DNA of 64,000 nt, from the NCBI GenBank assembly GCA_963815095.1, contig CAWFFH010000003.1, positions 512,001-576,000 of the forward strand, read 5' to 3'. Origin of the DNA: Candidatus Bathyarchaeota archaeon. Lineage in GTDB: Archaea; Thermoproteota; Bathyarchaeia; Bathyarchaeales; Bathycorpusculaceae. Numbering within the stretch: the stretch's first letter is position 1; every line of letters begins with the position of its first letter. The position numbers were made by a program, and so were the translations under genes. Under the pieces are notes generated by a model. The model was given only the letters and a program-made list of their open reading frames with translations. It ran no database searches and was not told where the DNA came from. Below, one piece after another: positions 9,221-19,356 of the stretch.

Positions 9221-10543
9221 GTGCTACAGTCAGGCCTTTTAAAGGATAATACTTCTGCCGTCAACGAAATAGGCGATTATGCGGTATCAAAAGGATTACA
9301 CTTTGCGGCTTACTTTGACGCTTCAGGTCACGTCCAAAATGCAATGTGGATAGGAACTGCCAAGCAACAATGGGGAGACATGTTCGTGGGCGTCTATTTG
9401 GGCGATGAACCTGGAGGCAAAATGCTTGATGGCTCCGCTACTTTCACTCTCCAAGGAATAACAGTGAATAAATCGAATGATGGCATCGTAAGTTACGATG
9501 ACGGCAATGGGTGTTTAACAGCATTTTTTCCAGACGGCAAAATTACAGTACAGAAAAGCAATGATGGCTTTTCGTCAGAGCTTGACCCTAACAATTCTTC
9601 TATAACGATATCTAACACGCTAAGTAACACCAACTTGACCACTTATGAGCCAAACGGCTCAATAACAGTAAGGGAAACAATCACAAGTACAACAAATAAA
9701 GTATACACAGGCGGTTTACCTTATGGCCACTATGATGCAGGGGACTCTTATCAAGTACTGAGAAATAATTTCTATACAATGGAAAATGGCTCAGACCGTA
9801 TTGCTCAAGAAGAAACTTATCAGCAAGTAAAGAGCACAAACCCAATACCTAACGGCGATACCGCAGCAAATCTCTTTATAGCCAAAACCAAAGGACCCAT
9901 AGATAACTTGAGAAATCAATATAAAATAAGCAAAGGGGATTTTCCAATTTTTACGTCTGATTATGGTCTTTACTGGTGGGATTACAAGAGCGGATACGAC
10001 GTGGTTCTTGCGCAGTTAGGTTGGAACAATTCGGTTGCCCAAGAAATCGCCTTAGTGCGCGGCGCTGCAAATCTGCAGGGCAAAAGCTGGGGAACTATCT
10101 TGACATGGAAATACACCCAAGCCCCATATCTTGCGGATGGAAACGAAATTTTTAACCAAATGAAAACCTCCTACGAAAACGGAGCCCAATACGTCATACT
10201 ATTCAACTATGCAGATGGCATGTCAGGACCATACGGAACCCTACAAGAGGAACATTTCCAGGCATTAGAACGCTTTTGGAATGAAGTAGTCCACAACCCC
10301 ACTGTAATCCATGGTGGCGTTAAAGCTCAAGCAGCGCTGGTTTTGCCAGAAAATTACGGATGGGGCATGCGAAACCCAAACGATACTATTTGGGGCATAT
10401 GGAATGCAAACGGTACTTCACAGCAAATCTGGAACCAGGTACAAAGCAAGCTTACCCAATATGGCTCAAAATTGGATATAGTCTATGATGACCCAGCATA
10501 TCCTATCACAGGAAAATATGGCGAAACATACTATTGGAAATAA
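9221..10543 (+). CDS. N-terminally truncated paralog of 28427..30031 (secreted, possible glycoside-hydrolase-like barrel)
   Basis: Shares DEPGG.MLD, FTSDYGLYW.DY.SGY, ALVRGAA..Q.KSWG, YGWGMR...D.IWGIW; lacks the TM anchor of its paralog. Confidence 0.75.
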   Translation: MLQSGLLKDNTSAVNEIGDYAVSKGLHFAAYFDASGHVQNAMWIGTAKQQWGDMFVGVYLGDEPGGKMLDGSATFTLQGITVNKSNDGIVSYDDGNGCLTAFFPDGKITVQKSNDGFSSELDPNNSSITISNTLSNTNLTTYEPNGSITVRETITSTTNKVYTGGLPYGHYDAGDSYQVLRNNFYTMENGSDRIAQEETYQQVKSTNPIPNGDTAANLFIAKTKGPIDNLRNQYKISKGDFPIFTSDYGLYWWDYKSGYDVVLAQLGWNNSVAQEIALVRGAANLQGKSWGTILTWKYTQAPYLADGNEIFNQMKTSYENGAQYVILFNYADGMSGPYGTLQEEHFQALERFWNEVVHNPTVIHGGVKAQAALVLPENYGWGMRNPNDTIWGIWNANGTSQQIWNQVQSKLTQYGSKLDIVYDDPAYPITGKYGETYYWK

Positions 10544-10938
10544 AGAATAAATCCAATAACCTCACCAAAGAACATTCTATTCAGAAATAACTCAAAATCC
10601 GTTCATCCATCGGTTTGTCCTATGTTTAGTAGAATAGTCGTCGCTAACATAACCTACGAATTGCCCACCTTTAGCGAACCATAAAGTCCTTGAAATCAAT
10701 ATGCTCTATGCCATTTATGCGTTTTAGCCTTGTTTGTTTTGTAGGTTTTTGCGGTATAACAAATTTACGTCACCTAGTTTTCTTTGATTAGTGTGGCAAA
10801 CTTTATCCTGATTTTGCGGTGTACAGGCTACCGCAAGAATGTGTCCTTTATCTATAGTTTGAATCAATAATGACTTAGCCCCTTAACCATGCCCTAGATT
10901 AAACAATATGCAAAGCAAAAAATGGCTAAACCTTAGCC

Positions 10939-11500
10939 TCAGAGGCTTTGCGTATTCGTCGTTGCTAGAGTTGATTTCGGTATTGGCATTGATTGAGAGT
11001 TCGGCGTTGACAATACGGGGATGAAAACGAGTGTACCAAGGCTTGAGTTGTTTTTGGAATCGTAGATAGACTGGCTTATTACTACTGTATCTGTTGTTCC
11101 CCACCAATTATTTGAGGCATTAATGTAGGTAGCTTTAGAAGAAGCTTCAAGTTTTATGCTCATGTTGATATTTCCGTAAATATTATTATCCATTAGAACA
11201 GATTGGTTTGAGAAGGCACTAACATCTAATCCTACCGAGTTCTCGGTTATAGTGTTCCCCCTAATTATTATTGGAAATGGACCCCAAGTCCCCAGGCAAT
11301 ACTTGTTAAGGCCCCAACACCCATTTATTTGCTCCCTCAATAGCTGGAATAGGATGGATAGGTTTAGCTATAACAATAATTACCTCAACTGTAATCAGCC
11401 TGTTTCTAATTGACTTTCTTATTAAATTCGCTGGAAAACAAAAAATTAAGTACCTGACTGCCACGCTTGGAATAATCGCAATAGCCAGCGGACTGCTATA
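10939..11500 (-). pseudogene. Fragments of a right-handed beta-helix (NosD-like) surface protein and a small membrane ORF
   Basis: GNTITEN..G, NNIYGN, INASNNWWGTTD...I.QSIYD motifs; no proper N-terminus. Confidence 0.55.
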
Positions 11501-11773
11501 CTTAGTTCTCGGACCTTGAGAAAGAAAGCATAAAAGGTTGATGGCACGCCTTTTGGCCGCGCCATGATTAAGGGTTGAACGCTTATTTTTTTCGAGAAGG
11601 GGTTTAAAGCGTTTGGGCAGACCCTTAACCGTTTGAATATTAGTAGAGATAGGATAAATAATTTTTCCCAAATCAGGTGGCTTATTAGAGATTTGCTTGC
11701 GTTTGTCATAATGGTTGCTACGCACAAGTTGTTAATACCTAAACTCTATCTTAACAGTTGCTTGGGTTAAGTT

Positions 11774-12067
11774 ATGAGGCGCTCCAAACTAGAAATGTAC
11801 GTTGACATTCTCAAGGTGATAGCACAAAAAGGACCGCTAAAGTTGACGCATGTTATGTATAAGTCAAATGTTAACTGCAGCGTTTTAAAGGAATATTTGG
11901 ATTTTCTAATCAAACAAGGACTAATTGAGGAAAGAACCGTTGGAAAAAGCAGAGTGGTTTATGCAAATACTGCTCGCGGAACAGCAGTTCTTAAAGGCTT
12001 CAGAGAACTGAACAAAGCGCTCCCCATAAAAGAAGAAGACCACAAAATCCCGCCAGAGCTATACTAA
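11774..12067 (+). CDS. Archaeal winged-helix transcription regulator (HTH_45-like)
   Basis: MRRSKLEMYVDILKV...LTHVMYKSNVN...LKEYLDFLIKQGLIEE. Confidence 0.9.
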   Translation: MRRSKLEMYVDILKVIAQKGPLKLTHVMYKSNVNCSVLKEYLDFLIKQGLIEERTVGKSRVVYANTARGTAVLKGFRELNKALPIKEEDHKIPPELY

Positions 12068-12542
12068 AGAAATCAGGTCAATTTTCACCTATGCTCTCAC
12101 TATGCAACTAAAAGACTATCCAGACAGTGCCACGCAAACTAAAGGCCACTTTCGATTGCCTTATCTTATCAAGTCCTGACGCCTCAAAGAAAGGGCAATC
12201 TTAGCATATTCCTCTAGAAAATTACCGGAATTGATGGATCAAAGAGAAGAGAAACAATTGTTAGTAAAATGTCAGACATCTGGCCCCTTTCCCGAACTTA
12301 CACATCGACGCTTAGCAAAAGTTTACCCAATCCTGAGAGGTGATCATATCGAATCATGACGGCATGTGCTGGGAATTTTTATGATCACCTACTGAAGAAT
12401 CAGATAGCATGTTCGGACCACTAATGGTCTGAGATCTTATCTCTGATATAACGAAATAAGACTATTTTCTTAAATTTTCATCACAGTTTGAAGCTGCCAA
12501 TTTGTCCCTTGCACTCTTTTCATAGTCGAGCTTTTCGATAAG

Positions 12543-12866
12543 CTATCTTTTGCGGGGATAGTCTGGTTTCGAATGACCCAATTTCTTCACCCATATTACT
12601 TCATTCTCAATTATCCAATAGTGTGATTGACACGGAAAACTCCAATTTCCAATAGATGGATCTAAAGTCACCGTTTCTCCATTCCATGTCAAACTCCAGT
12701 CTTTTGGTTTAATTGGTGTCACTACGATTTCGCCACAACCGCAAGGGCACCTATGGGTTGCCGTTGCGTAAAGTACGGAGATGTAGAGAATACCCTCCTC
12801 AACCTTTTCAGGAATATAGCGCACAAACTTAGGCGTGATCCGTTTTCGTTTCAATTGGCAAGTCAT
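12543..12866 (-). CDS. DUF6527-family protein (putative Ubl-processing peptidase, BubB-like)
   Basis: H.CPCGCG..VVTP.....W.L......TL.PSIGNWS.PC.SHYWI signature; overlaps the ThiF gene. Confidence 0.85.
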   Translation of the reverse strand: MTCQLKRKRITPKFVRYIPEKVEEGILYISVLYATATHRCPCGCGEIVVTPIKPKDWSLTWNGETVTLDPSIGNWSFPCQSHYWIIENEVIWVKKLGHSKPDYPRKR

Positions 12867-14022
12867 CGTTAATCAGCTCATTTGTGGGAATACTATAGAC
12901 CGTATGGTGCTCGTGTTCCAAATCTGCGTAAAATCCGCAGAGCTTCTTCCACTTAATGACGGCAAGAGCCGCATTTAACGCATTCATCTCCACAATCTGA
13001 ATATTACGAGAATAAACCTCGTCTTCTCCGTTAATGAAGTTGATTCTTCTCGCAACGTGTTCATGAAAGGATGGTGTGCAAGCAGTCACTCGAACTGCGC
13101 CACCTATCGCTTCATTCTGAACTAGACCCATTCCGACATCAATAAATGAAATATTTTTTTCTACAAGGTACTCGACAATAATCTTCTTTGCTTCTGGATT
13201 ATCAAGGCAAAGAAATACGAAGTCCATAGTCTCTAATTCTGAGACGTTCGTATCGTCAATGAATTGGAAATGAGGAATTATTTTCTTCCGCATTCGTGAG
13301 TAATTTTCAGCAAACCACTCCACCTTAGTTAGCTGCTTTCCTAAGTCTTCGCATGACGGTGCCCCTGGACTGCGGAAGGCATTGTGCTGAAGGAACCTGT
13401 CACCATCGAATAGATGAATCTCATTGACCAATGTCTTTGCGACAAAATCAAGGATGTACGCGCCAGTTCCCCCCAGCCCAACAATCGCGATACGTGCTCT
13501 GAGTTTCTCGTTTATCGCTGTAGTGCCTGCATGGCTGGAAGCGTTATCCACGTAGCAAAAGACGGAATCCCCATCGATTGTCCGAATAACCGGGTGGGTT
13601 TGGGCGGTAGCGGTAGGGTCAATAACATGTGCTTCCGCCTCAAGAATCTTGATGTACCTGCTCATCTTTTCGTGATAATTGGCATAGCCTCCATCGGGTT
13701 TATGAGAGAACTGACAGGTAGTTTCAAGTCCTTCGCTGATTTTCAGCCGAAAATTCGGATCATTGACAAGTTTTACCATCTGTGAACCTTTGGAGTCACA
13801 TGGGTATTCTCCGACCCAATAGACGACATGATTGGATGGTTTGATAGTCTTGTCGCCAGCCAAATCTAGCGGGGATACCAACGTTCCATATGCAACTTGT
13901 TTCTTCGAGTTAACATATGGTACGTGTGCGACTAGAAGATGCCCGCTTAATACACTTACTTCGTAGCCTTCGTCTTGAAGTAGCTTTAGGTCATCATTAC
14001 GACTTATCAGTTGGAGTGACAT
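12829..14022 (-). CDS. E2-like (DUF6791)-ThiF/E1 fusion (BubCD-like)
   Basis: N-terminal LISRN.DL..L.DEGYEV...VPYVN...FSHKP; C-terminal IVGLGGTG, FDGD.F.QHNAFRSPGA, IDVGMG, YSRNIQI.EMNALNA. Confidence 0.9.
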   Translation of the reverse strand: MSLQLISRNDDLKLLQDEGYEVSVLSGHLLVAHVPYVNSKKQVAYGTLVSPLDLAGDKTIKPSNHVVYWVGEYPCDSKGSQMVKLVNDPNFRLKISEGLETTCQFSHKPDGGYANYHEKMSRYIKILEAEAHVIDPTATAQTHPVIRTIDGDSVFCYVDNASSHAGTTAINEKLRARIAIVGLGGTGAYILDFVAKTLVNEIHLFDGDRFLQHNAFRSPGAPSCEDLGKQLTKVEWFAENYSRMRKKIIPHFQFIDDTNVSELETMDFVFLCLDNPEAKKIIVEYLVEKNISFIDVGMGLVQNEAIGGAVRVTACTPSFHEHVARRINFINGEDEVYSRNIQIVEMNALNAALAVIKWKKLCGFYADLEHEHHTVYSIPTNELINDDLPIETKTDHA

Positions 14023-14245
14023 CGAATGCCATACCGCTCTTGACCTTTACGGTTTGTCCCTCTGCCAGAGTTCCCTTAGGGTTCTCCTTGGGACCCTTGG
14101 TATAGTCAACTGTGAATATCTCGTTTGGTTTTGGTGGGCGAGGGAATCCCAAATTGACAACCTGCACATAATTGATCGTTTCCTCGTCCCAAGGCTTTCG
14201 ACTACCATTAACAAAAATTTCGAATTTTTTATGTTCTTCAGGCAT
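13997..14245 (-). CDS. Ubiquitin-like (multi-ubiquitin-domain family) protein, BubA-like
   Basis: I.VNG......I.Y.QVV.L.F......FTV.Y.KG......GTL..G.TVKVK.GM.FDV..TDKS; start 14245 after GGAG; overlaps the E2-E1 gene. Confidence 0.85.
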   Translation of the reverse strand: MPEEHKKFEIFVNGSRKPWDEETINYVQVVNLGFPRPPKPNEIFTVDYTKGPKENPKGTLAEGQTVKVKSGMAFDVTPTDKS

Positions 14246-14672
14246 TGTACATTCTCCACTTGTTATAGGTTGTTGACTCATTGGTTAATGACAGAAATAA
14301 AGTTTATTGACTTATTCCCGTTACTTTTTAGGTATCACATTTTATTTGATTATCTTTTTTTTTATAATAAGCCTCTGGCAGCATCTCCAAGGGGTCTGAA
14401 TCTATCTGAAAGTGACAACATTACTTAGGGTCGATTGCCGTCTTTTTCCTTTTAAAGCATTAAGCAGGTTTTGGCGAAGAAATTTTTGATGACATTATAA
14501 TCGCATACATTTTTTACCTCAAATATCGAACAATCATAAGCCTAATCAGGTGCGCGATACCAAACGAAGTTTAATTCGATTTGTGGAGCGTTGATTTCGA
14601 TATTTGGCCGAGTAATAGCACAGTTTGTTTCAGTTTTTGGGCCTTCAACCAAAAAAGTCTTGAGAGCTTTTT

Positions 14673-14894
14673 CTAAATTTTTTTTACGCATTCTTTGCAG
14701 TATAACGACAACGCAAATACGTCTTCATTCATCCAGTTCTTAATAATTTTTCCATTGCCACCTACTAAATATGCTTCCTCAAACGAAAATTTCTTGCGAC
14801 AGTTTGCGCATGAAAAAACTAAACGCTGTTTCGAGTCACATTTTAAAGAACGCTGATATTTGATCTTCTTAGGGGTAATAACGATTTTCACCAA
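14673..14894 (-). CDS. Small zinc-finger protein
   Basis: CANC...YCKEC. Confidence 0.55.
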   Translation of the reverse strand: MVKIVITPKKIKYQRSLKCDSKQRLVFSCANCRKKFSFEEAYLVGGNGKIIKNWMNEDVFALSLYCKECVKKI

Positions 14895-15086
14895 AATAAA
14901 TCAACTCGAATGAGTTTGGCGCCATAACTCCTGAGCATTTCTGATTCTTGATTGATTCGGAAAGATATTTCGCTTTCCTTAAAAACCGAATGCCTCATGC
15001 AAACACATCTCATAGACCCTGCCTTAAAATAATCCTTTTGCGAAATCTTCCGCGTCGGAAACGAATATCATTCCCTAATTTCATTA

Positions 15087-15344
15087 TCAGTTACCTGTCC
15101 CGTTAGGAACAAATTCTAAAAAGCTTATAATTAAGTCAAATTGTCCAGCCCTTGCTCGAGTACGTGCTAAGGAAGTTATGGATCCTCCAGCTTTTCTTTC
15201 TACGTATAAGTCTGAACAAGTCCATCCTTCGCTCTGAATAAACCGTATGCACACTTGAAGTTGACTTGAAATAATTGATTTTTGATTGTTTGTCGAGAAA
15301 GCGCAAATGTAAATTGCTGCTCTATTCTGAATGGCAATAGCCAT
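15087..15344 (-). CDS. Degenerate serine-recombinase (resolvase N-terminal)-like small protein
   Basis: MAIAIQNRAAIYICAFSTNNQ...SQLQVC..F...GW....Y.E...G...ARAGQFDLII; lies directly downstream of the wHTH. Confidence 0.6.
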   Translation of the reverse strand: MAIAIQNRAAIYICAFSTNNQKSIISSQLQVCIRFIQSEGWTCSDLYVERKAGGSITSLARTRARAGQFDLIISFLEFVPNGTGN

Positions 15345-15379
15345 ACCACTTTCACATTTGCTAGGGTTCCGAGAGTCAT

Positions 15380-15592
15380 CTACTTTTCGGCAACATACAT
15401 TTTTGCTCTTCCCACTATCCTCGAAATCTTCACTTTTCCACACTTTTCTAATCCAAATACATATTTTGAGATAGTGTTCCGATGCACGCCGGTTTTTGCG
15501 GCTATTTCTTCTATTGAGAAGTCTTTTGGATACTCTTTCCGAAGGAATTCCAAGACTATTTTTTCGATATCTTGGTTCATTTTGTTGTGCAC
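15380..15592 (-). CDS. Small wHTH transcription regulator
   Basis: VLEFLRKEYPKDFSIEEIAAKTGVHRNTISKYV..LEK.GKV....VGRAKMY. Confidence 0.85.
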   Translation of the reverse strand: MHNKMNQDIEKIVLEFLRKEYPKDFSIEEIAAKTGVHRNTISKYVFGLEKCGKVKISRIVGRAKMYVAEK

Positions 15593-15659
15593 TGGTGAAC
15601 ATCGTTATCAAACAACGCTTATATAGTTGGTTGTTTATTAATGTTGTGCATTAACGCAC

Positions 15660-16094
15660 AGCGTTAAAGGTGACGAAAAATGGAGAAAAAACATATTGAG
15701 AACATGGCAAACAAGAAGACCGCCCAGATAATGAAAAAAGAAAATTATCAGCAAACAACTATGATATTAAATAAAAATGCTCAATTGGCAGCTATTTACG
15801 TTTCCGACGAAGCAAAAAAAGAAGTTAACATTTCGAAACAAGTAGAGGCATGTCAGAAGTTTCTTAGCGAAAAAGGGTTCAAATTTTCAGGGGATCTTTT
15901 TCTAAAAAAAGAAGGGACTGACCATATTGATGAACTTGTAAGGGCTCGAGCACGGTCGCGAAGATTTGATTACATGGTAAGTTACCTTTTATGCCCAGGC
16001 AAATCACCGGGATTTTTTATTGGAATGATCGTTTGTTGGAATGCCCAAAACTTCCTAATAAAGCCTATTCAAGCGTTAAGGTGACGAAAAAATG
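15660..16094 (+). repeat. Imperfect direct repeat of about 24 bp flanking 15680..16084
   Basis: AGCGTTAAAGGTGACGAAAAATGG (15660-15683) vs AGCGTTAAGGTGACGAAAAAATGG (16072-16095). Confidence 0.7.
15680..16084 (+). CDS. Second degenerate resolvase-like domain protein
   Basis: AAIYVSDE...ISKQVEACQKF..EKGF.....F...G....ARSRRFDYMV. Confidence 0.6.
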   Translation: MEKKHIENMANKKTAQIMKKENYQQTTMILNKNAQLAAIYVSDEAKKEVNISKQVEACQKFLSEKGFKFSGDLFLKKEGTDHIDELVRARARSRRFDYMVSYLLCPGKSPGFFIGMIVCWNAQNFLIKPIQALR

Positions 16095-16167
16095 GTTTGG
16101 AAAGAAACTAGTTTTTCTCTATTTAAAAGAAAACTGCAAAAATAAGTCATCAAAGGAGTAACTTATT

Positions 16168-17313
16168 ATGAATACAGTTTTAGCAAAATGTCCAATTTGT
16201 GGAAGCGAAACCTCCAACTTCAAGATAAACGAGGACAACTTGAGATTTCTCGAGCAACGTTTCCATGATAATAATCTCGACCAAGCAATTGTTCTTGCCA
16301 GCATCGCCTGGAACAACTTTCCGGGGTTGAGGCTTAACGCGGACAGCAGAACATTGATTAATGGTCTATTGAAAAGCGTTCAAGAACAAGTAGCCAACGC
16401 TCTAACGCCCCTAAACATGGTCACTAAGATGGTTTATCCGCTAAGCGAGAAATTAGAGGCGCTAATTGAAACCCTTCCTGAGGGGGTCAAAAAAGAGTTT
16501 TGCGAATTAAAAGTGCAACTAACCGAAAAATTAGAGTTAATACATGAAGCAGCCACCAGCGCTACTGAACCTGTCCAAAGAGATCTAAAAGAGCTAAACG
16601 ACACCATCAATCAACTGATCAACAAACCAGTTAGCAAGGGTCTTGTAAACGAAGAGACACTGAAGCTTAGTTGGCAAGAGGTTTTTGTTAAAGACCAGAC
16701 ATTTAAAAAAGGAGGACCCGGGCAGCCAGATCTTGTGATTATCCCCAGCATTCAACTCAATGGCAAATGTTTCGGTCAGAAAATTATAGTGGAACGAAAA
16801 GCGGGTAGACAAAAATATTGTGGGACACATTTGGCGGAAACCATTCAACACACGAAGGCTGAGGGTTCGACCTACGGAATACTAGTATACGACGCGCCTT
16901 CCAACCTTCTCGAGGTTCAGAAACCGTTTTACGTGTCTATGTCTCAAGGAGTTACCATCGCCATAACTGATATTGAATCTGGCGGTTGGAAAACCGCGCG
17001 ACAAATTTTTGAGGTGTTCCAATCGGTTTTGCCCAATGATGCTGCAGATAACGCAAGCAAAATAGACATTGGAAAGCTGCAAAGGGCCATAGACGAAATC
17101 GCTACCGTCAACCAACAAATTGAAACACTCCGAAAATGTAACAATTCTGCGCTTTCTAACTGCGAAAAGTCTAGGACCCTGATAAACAGATTGGAAGAAC
17201 TAATAGCGGCCTATCAGGAAAAACTTAGAGAACTGCTTTGCCCAAGCACTCCTCCTCCTCAGATCTGGTCATCAGAAAAACTAATTCAGGAAAATAAAAA
17301 CTCGCTAGTATAA
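16168..17313 (+). CDS. Coiled-coil + PD-(D/E)XK nuclease-like protein (RmuC/DUF2130-like)
   Basis: N-terminal CPIC; heptad region; KGLVNEE, PDLVI, IIVERK motifs; C-terminal coiled coil. Confidence 0.7.
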   Translation: MNTVLAKCPICGSETSNFKINEDNLRFLEQRFHDNNLDQAIVLASIAWNNFPGLRLNADSRTLINGLLKSVQEQVANALTPLNMVTKMVYPLSEKLEALIETLPEGVKKEFCELKVQLTEKLELIHEAATSATEPVQRDLKELNDTINQLINKPVSKGLVNEETLKLSWQEVFVKDQTFKKGGPGQPDLVIIPSIQLNGKCFGQKIIVERKAGRQKYCGTHLAETIQHTKAEGSTYGILVYDAPSNLLEVQKPFYVSMSQGVTIAITDIESGGWKTARQIFEVFQSVLPNDAADNASKIDIGKLQRAIDEIATVNQQIETLRKCNNSALSNCEKSRTLINRLEELIAAYQEKLRELLCPSTPPPQIWSSEKLIQENKNSLV

Positions 17314-17370
17314 GATTAAGTATACAGTTCTTTCTTGCCCCTTTTTGAAAAAACTTTTTGAGGAATTTTT

Positions 17371-18558
17371 GTGGACAAAGCTTTCAAAGCAACAAAGAAC
17401 AGCCCCATCAGAAAGATAGGCGAAGATCCAAAACCAACTTCGCTAGGGTGCTCTGTAAGTGAAGCTTACCCACAAAGAAGGGGAAAGAGAGAGTTCAGCG
17501 AACGAGAAATGCGGGGGCTCGCGATTTTAGCAAAGGGCAGCATGATTAAGAGAAATGATGAAAACACGTACTTAGTACGATCATCAAACATGGAAAGATG
17601 GTACAAAGTATATTGGAATGGGAAACGGTGGGTCTGCGAATGTAAAGACCACGAAAAAAGACTTCAATCGTGTAAGCATGTATATGCTGTGCTTTTTCTA
17701 AACAGATTGCCCTACATTCTAATGGCGAATTTTCAATCCGGAGAGATCAGATGTCCAAAATGCAATTCAAACCGAATAATAAGAAAAGGACTAAGCCATC
17801 ACAAAGAATTTGCAGATCAGAGATATATGTGCAAGGAATGCAAGCATAAATTCGGTGATAAGGGTGAGAGTAAAGGTCTGAAAGGAAATCCTCTAGCAGT
17901 AATCGCGGTGGCAGACCTTTATTTCAAAGGATTAAGCCTCCGTGCGATAGAACACCACATGAACAGTATCTACTCATTACATGTTTCGTATCCAACGATA
18001 TTCCGATGGATAAGGCGCATCATAAAGAACATGAAAGCACTGGAGAAAGAACACAGTTTGCATGTTGGGAAAACGTGGCATGTGGACGAAACCCTGATAA
18101 AAATAAGAGGCAAGCTCGCTTATCTGTGGAATGCTTTGGATGCGGAAACAAAGATATTGCTGGCAAGCGAGGTAACTTTTGGAAGAACAAGCGAAGACGC
18201 TGAAATGGTAATACGCGAGGCATTAAGAAAAGCTCAGTCGGGACTTGGAGAAATTGAAATTGTGACAGACGGCTTGAAAAGTTACAATATCGCCTTATCA
18301 AAGGATTATGATTGCAAAATAAAGCATCTATCGAAGCCTAAATTTACCGACCCAACTAACAACAACTTAGTTGAACGAGTAAACGGAACTCTTAAAACGA
18401 GAATAAAAAACTTCCGAAGACTAGACAATCTGTCTTCTTCAGCCCAACTTCTCGATGGACTTCGATTATACTATAACTCCAAGCGTCCTCACTCAGCTCT
18501 CGGAGGGAAAACACCAATCGAAGCCAGCTCAGAGTTAAACAAAAGAGTCCAAAGTTGA
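17371..18558 (+). mobile_element. SWIM + Zn-ribbon + HTH + IS6-like DDE transposase
   Basis: CECKD...CKH (SWIM), CPKC...QRYMCKEC, WHVDET, VTDGL, NNLVERVN, YYNSKRPHSALGGKTP. Confidence 0.85.
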
Positions 18559-19356
18559 ATCTTTGGGCTTGGATCTTTTGCTTCGTTTTTTTGGGCTAAT
18601 ATTTTTCTTGTAATCAATTGCAAGTTTTATTAGAGGGAGCCAACTGTGTTTTCCATCGATTGATTTTTTGTTTAGCGCAACTTCTGCTGGTGTCATATCG
18701 CAAAGGCTTGGACTAGGGTTGACAAAATTATAATCAATTACTACACCCTTTATTATTAGCGGTGATTTTTCTTTACTGTGCAAGCTTTTCATTGCGTTAA
18801 ATCTAGCCCTAAATACGCCGTTATGCCCTTCAATCGCTTGGTTTTGTCCCATGTCACCTTCTCTTTTATTTACTGTGAGTTTTGTTTTGGGTCCACACGC
18901 ATCTTTAACCGCCTTATCATATACTGGCAGGCCATCGCATCTCACTTCAACAGGGGATTTTTTGGCCATTGCCACGGCATTTTTAAAAGCTATTTTTACT
19001 GTTTCAATTGTAACTGGATAGTCTATATTTATGCCAAGATCAAAACCAGTCTTTAGATCTCTAACCACCATTAATGCTAACTCATTCTTTCTAAGCTTAA
19101 AGAACATTTCATCCGTTTCCCATATGTCCCCGAACTGAAACTCAAAACCGTATTCACCTTTTTCAATATAATATGGTAGAGCTTCGTCTACTGCTCCTAC
19201 CCAGTACAATATTCGGCGGAGTATAGTTGCAGGAGAAATCGGAATTCCGTAGTGTGCCCTAAACAAGCGAGAAATCTTTCGTAGACACATTCCCGCATAA
19301 AAAAGATCAAGCAAATAAGCATACTGTTCTAAAGTCAACCGATAGCCCAATATCAA
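18535..19356 (-). mobile_element. Second HTH-DDE transposase/integrase-like gene, convergent with the first
   Basis: GMCLRKI..., WETDE, RCDGLPVY, NQAIEGHNG, YNFVNP...TPAE. Confidence 0.8.

Noticed and set aside
15087-15611. 174-aa ORF as a single gene
   Set aside because: Its 5' half overlaps the convincing wHTH 15380..15592 in another frame; only 15087..15344 looks coding
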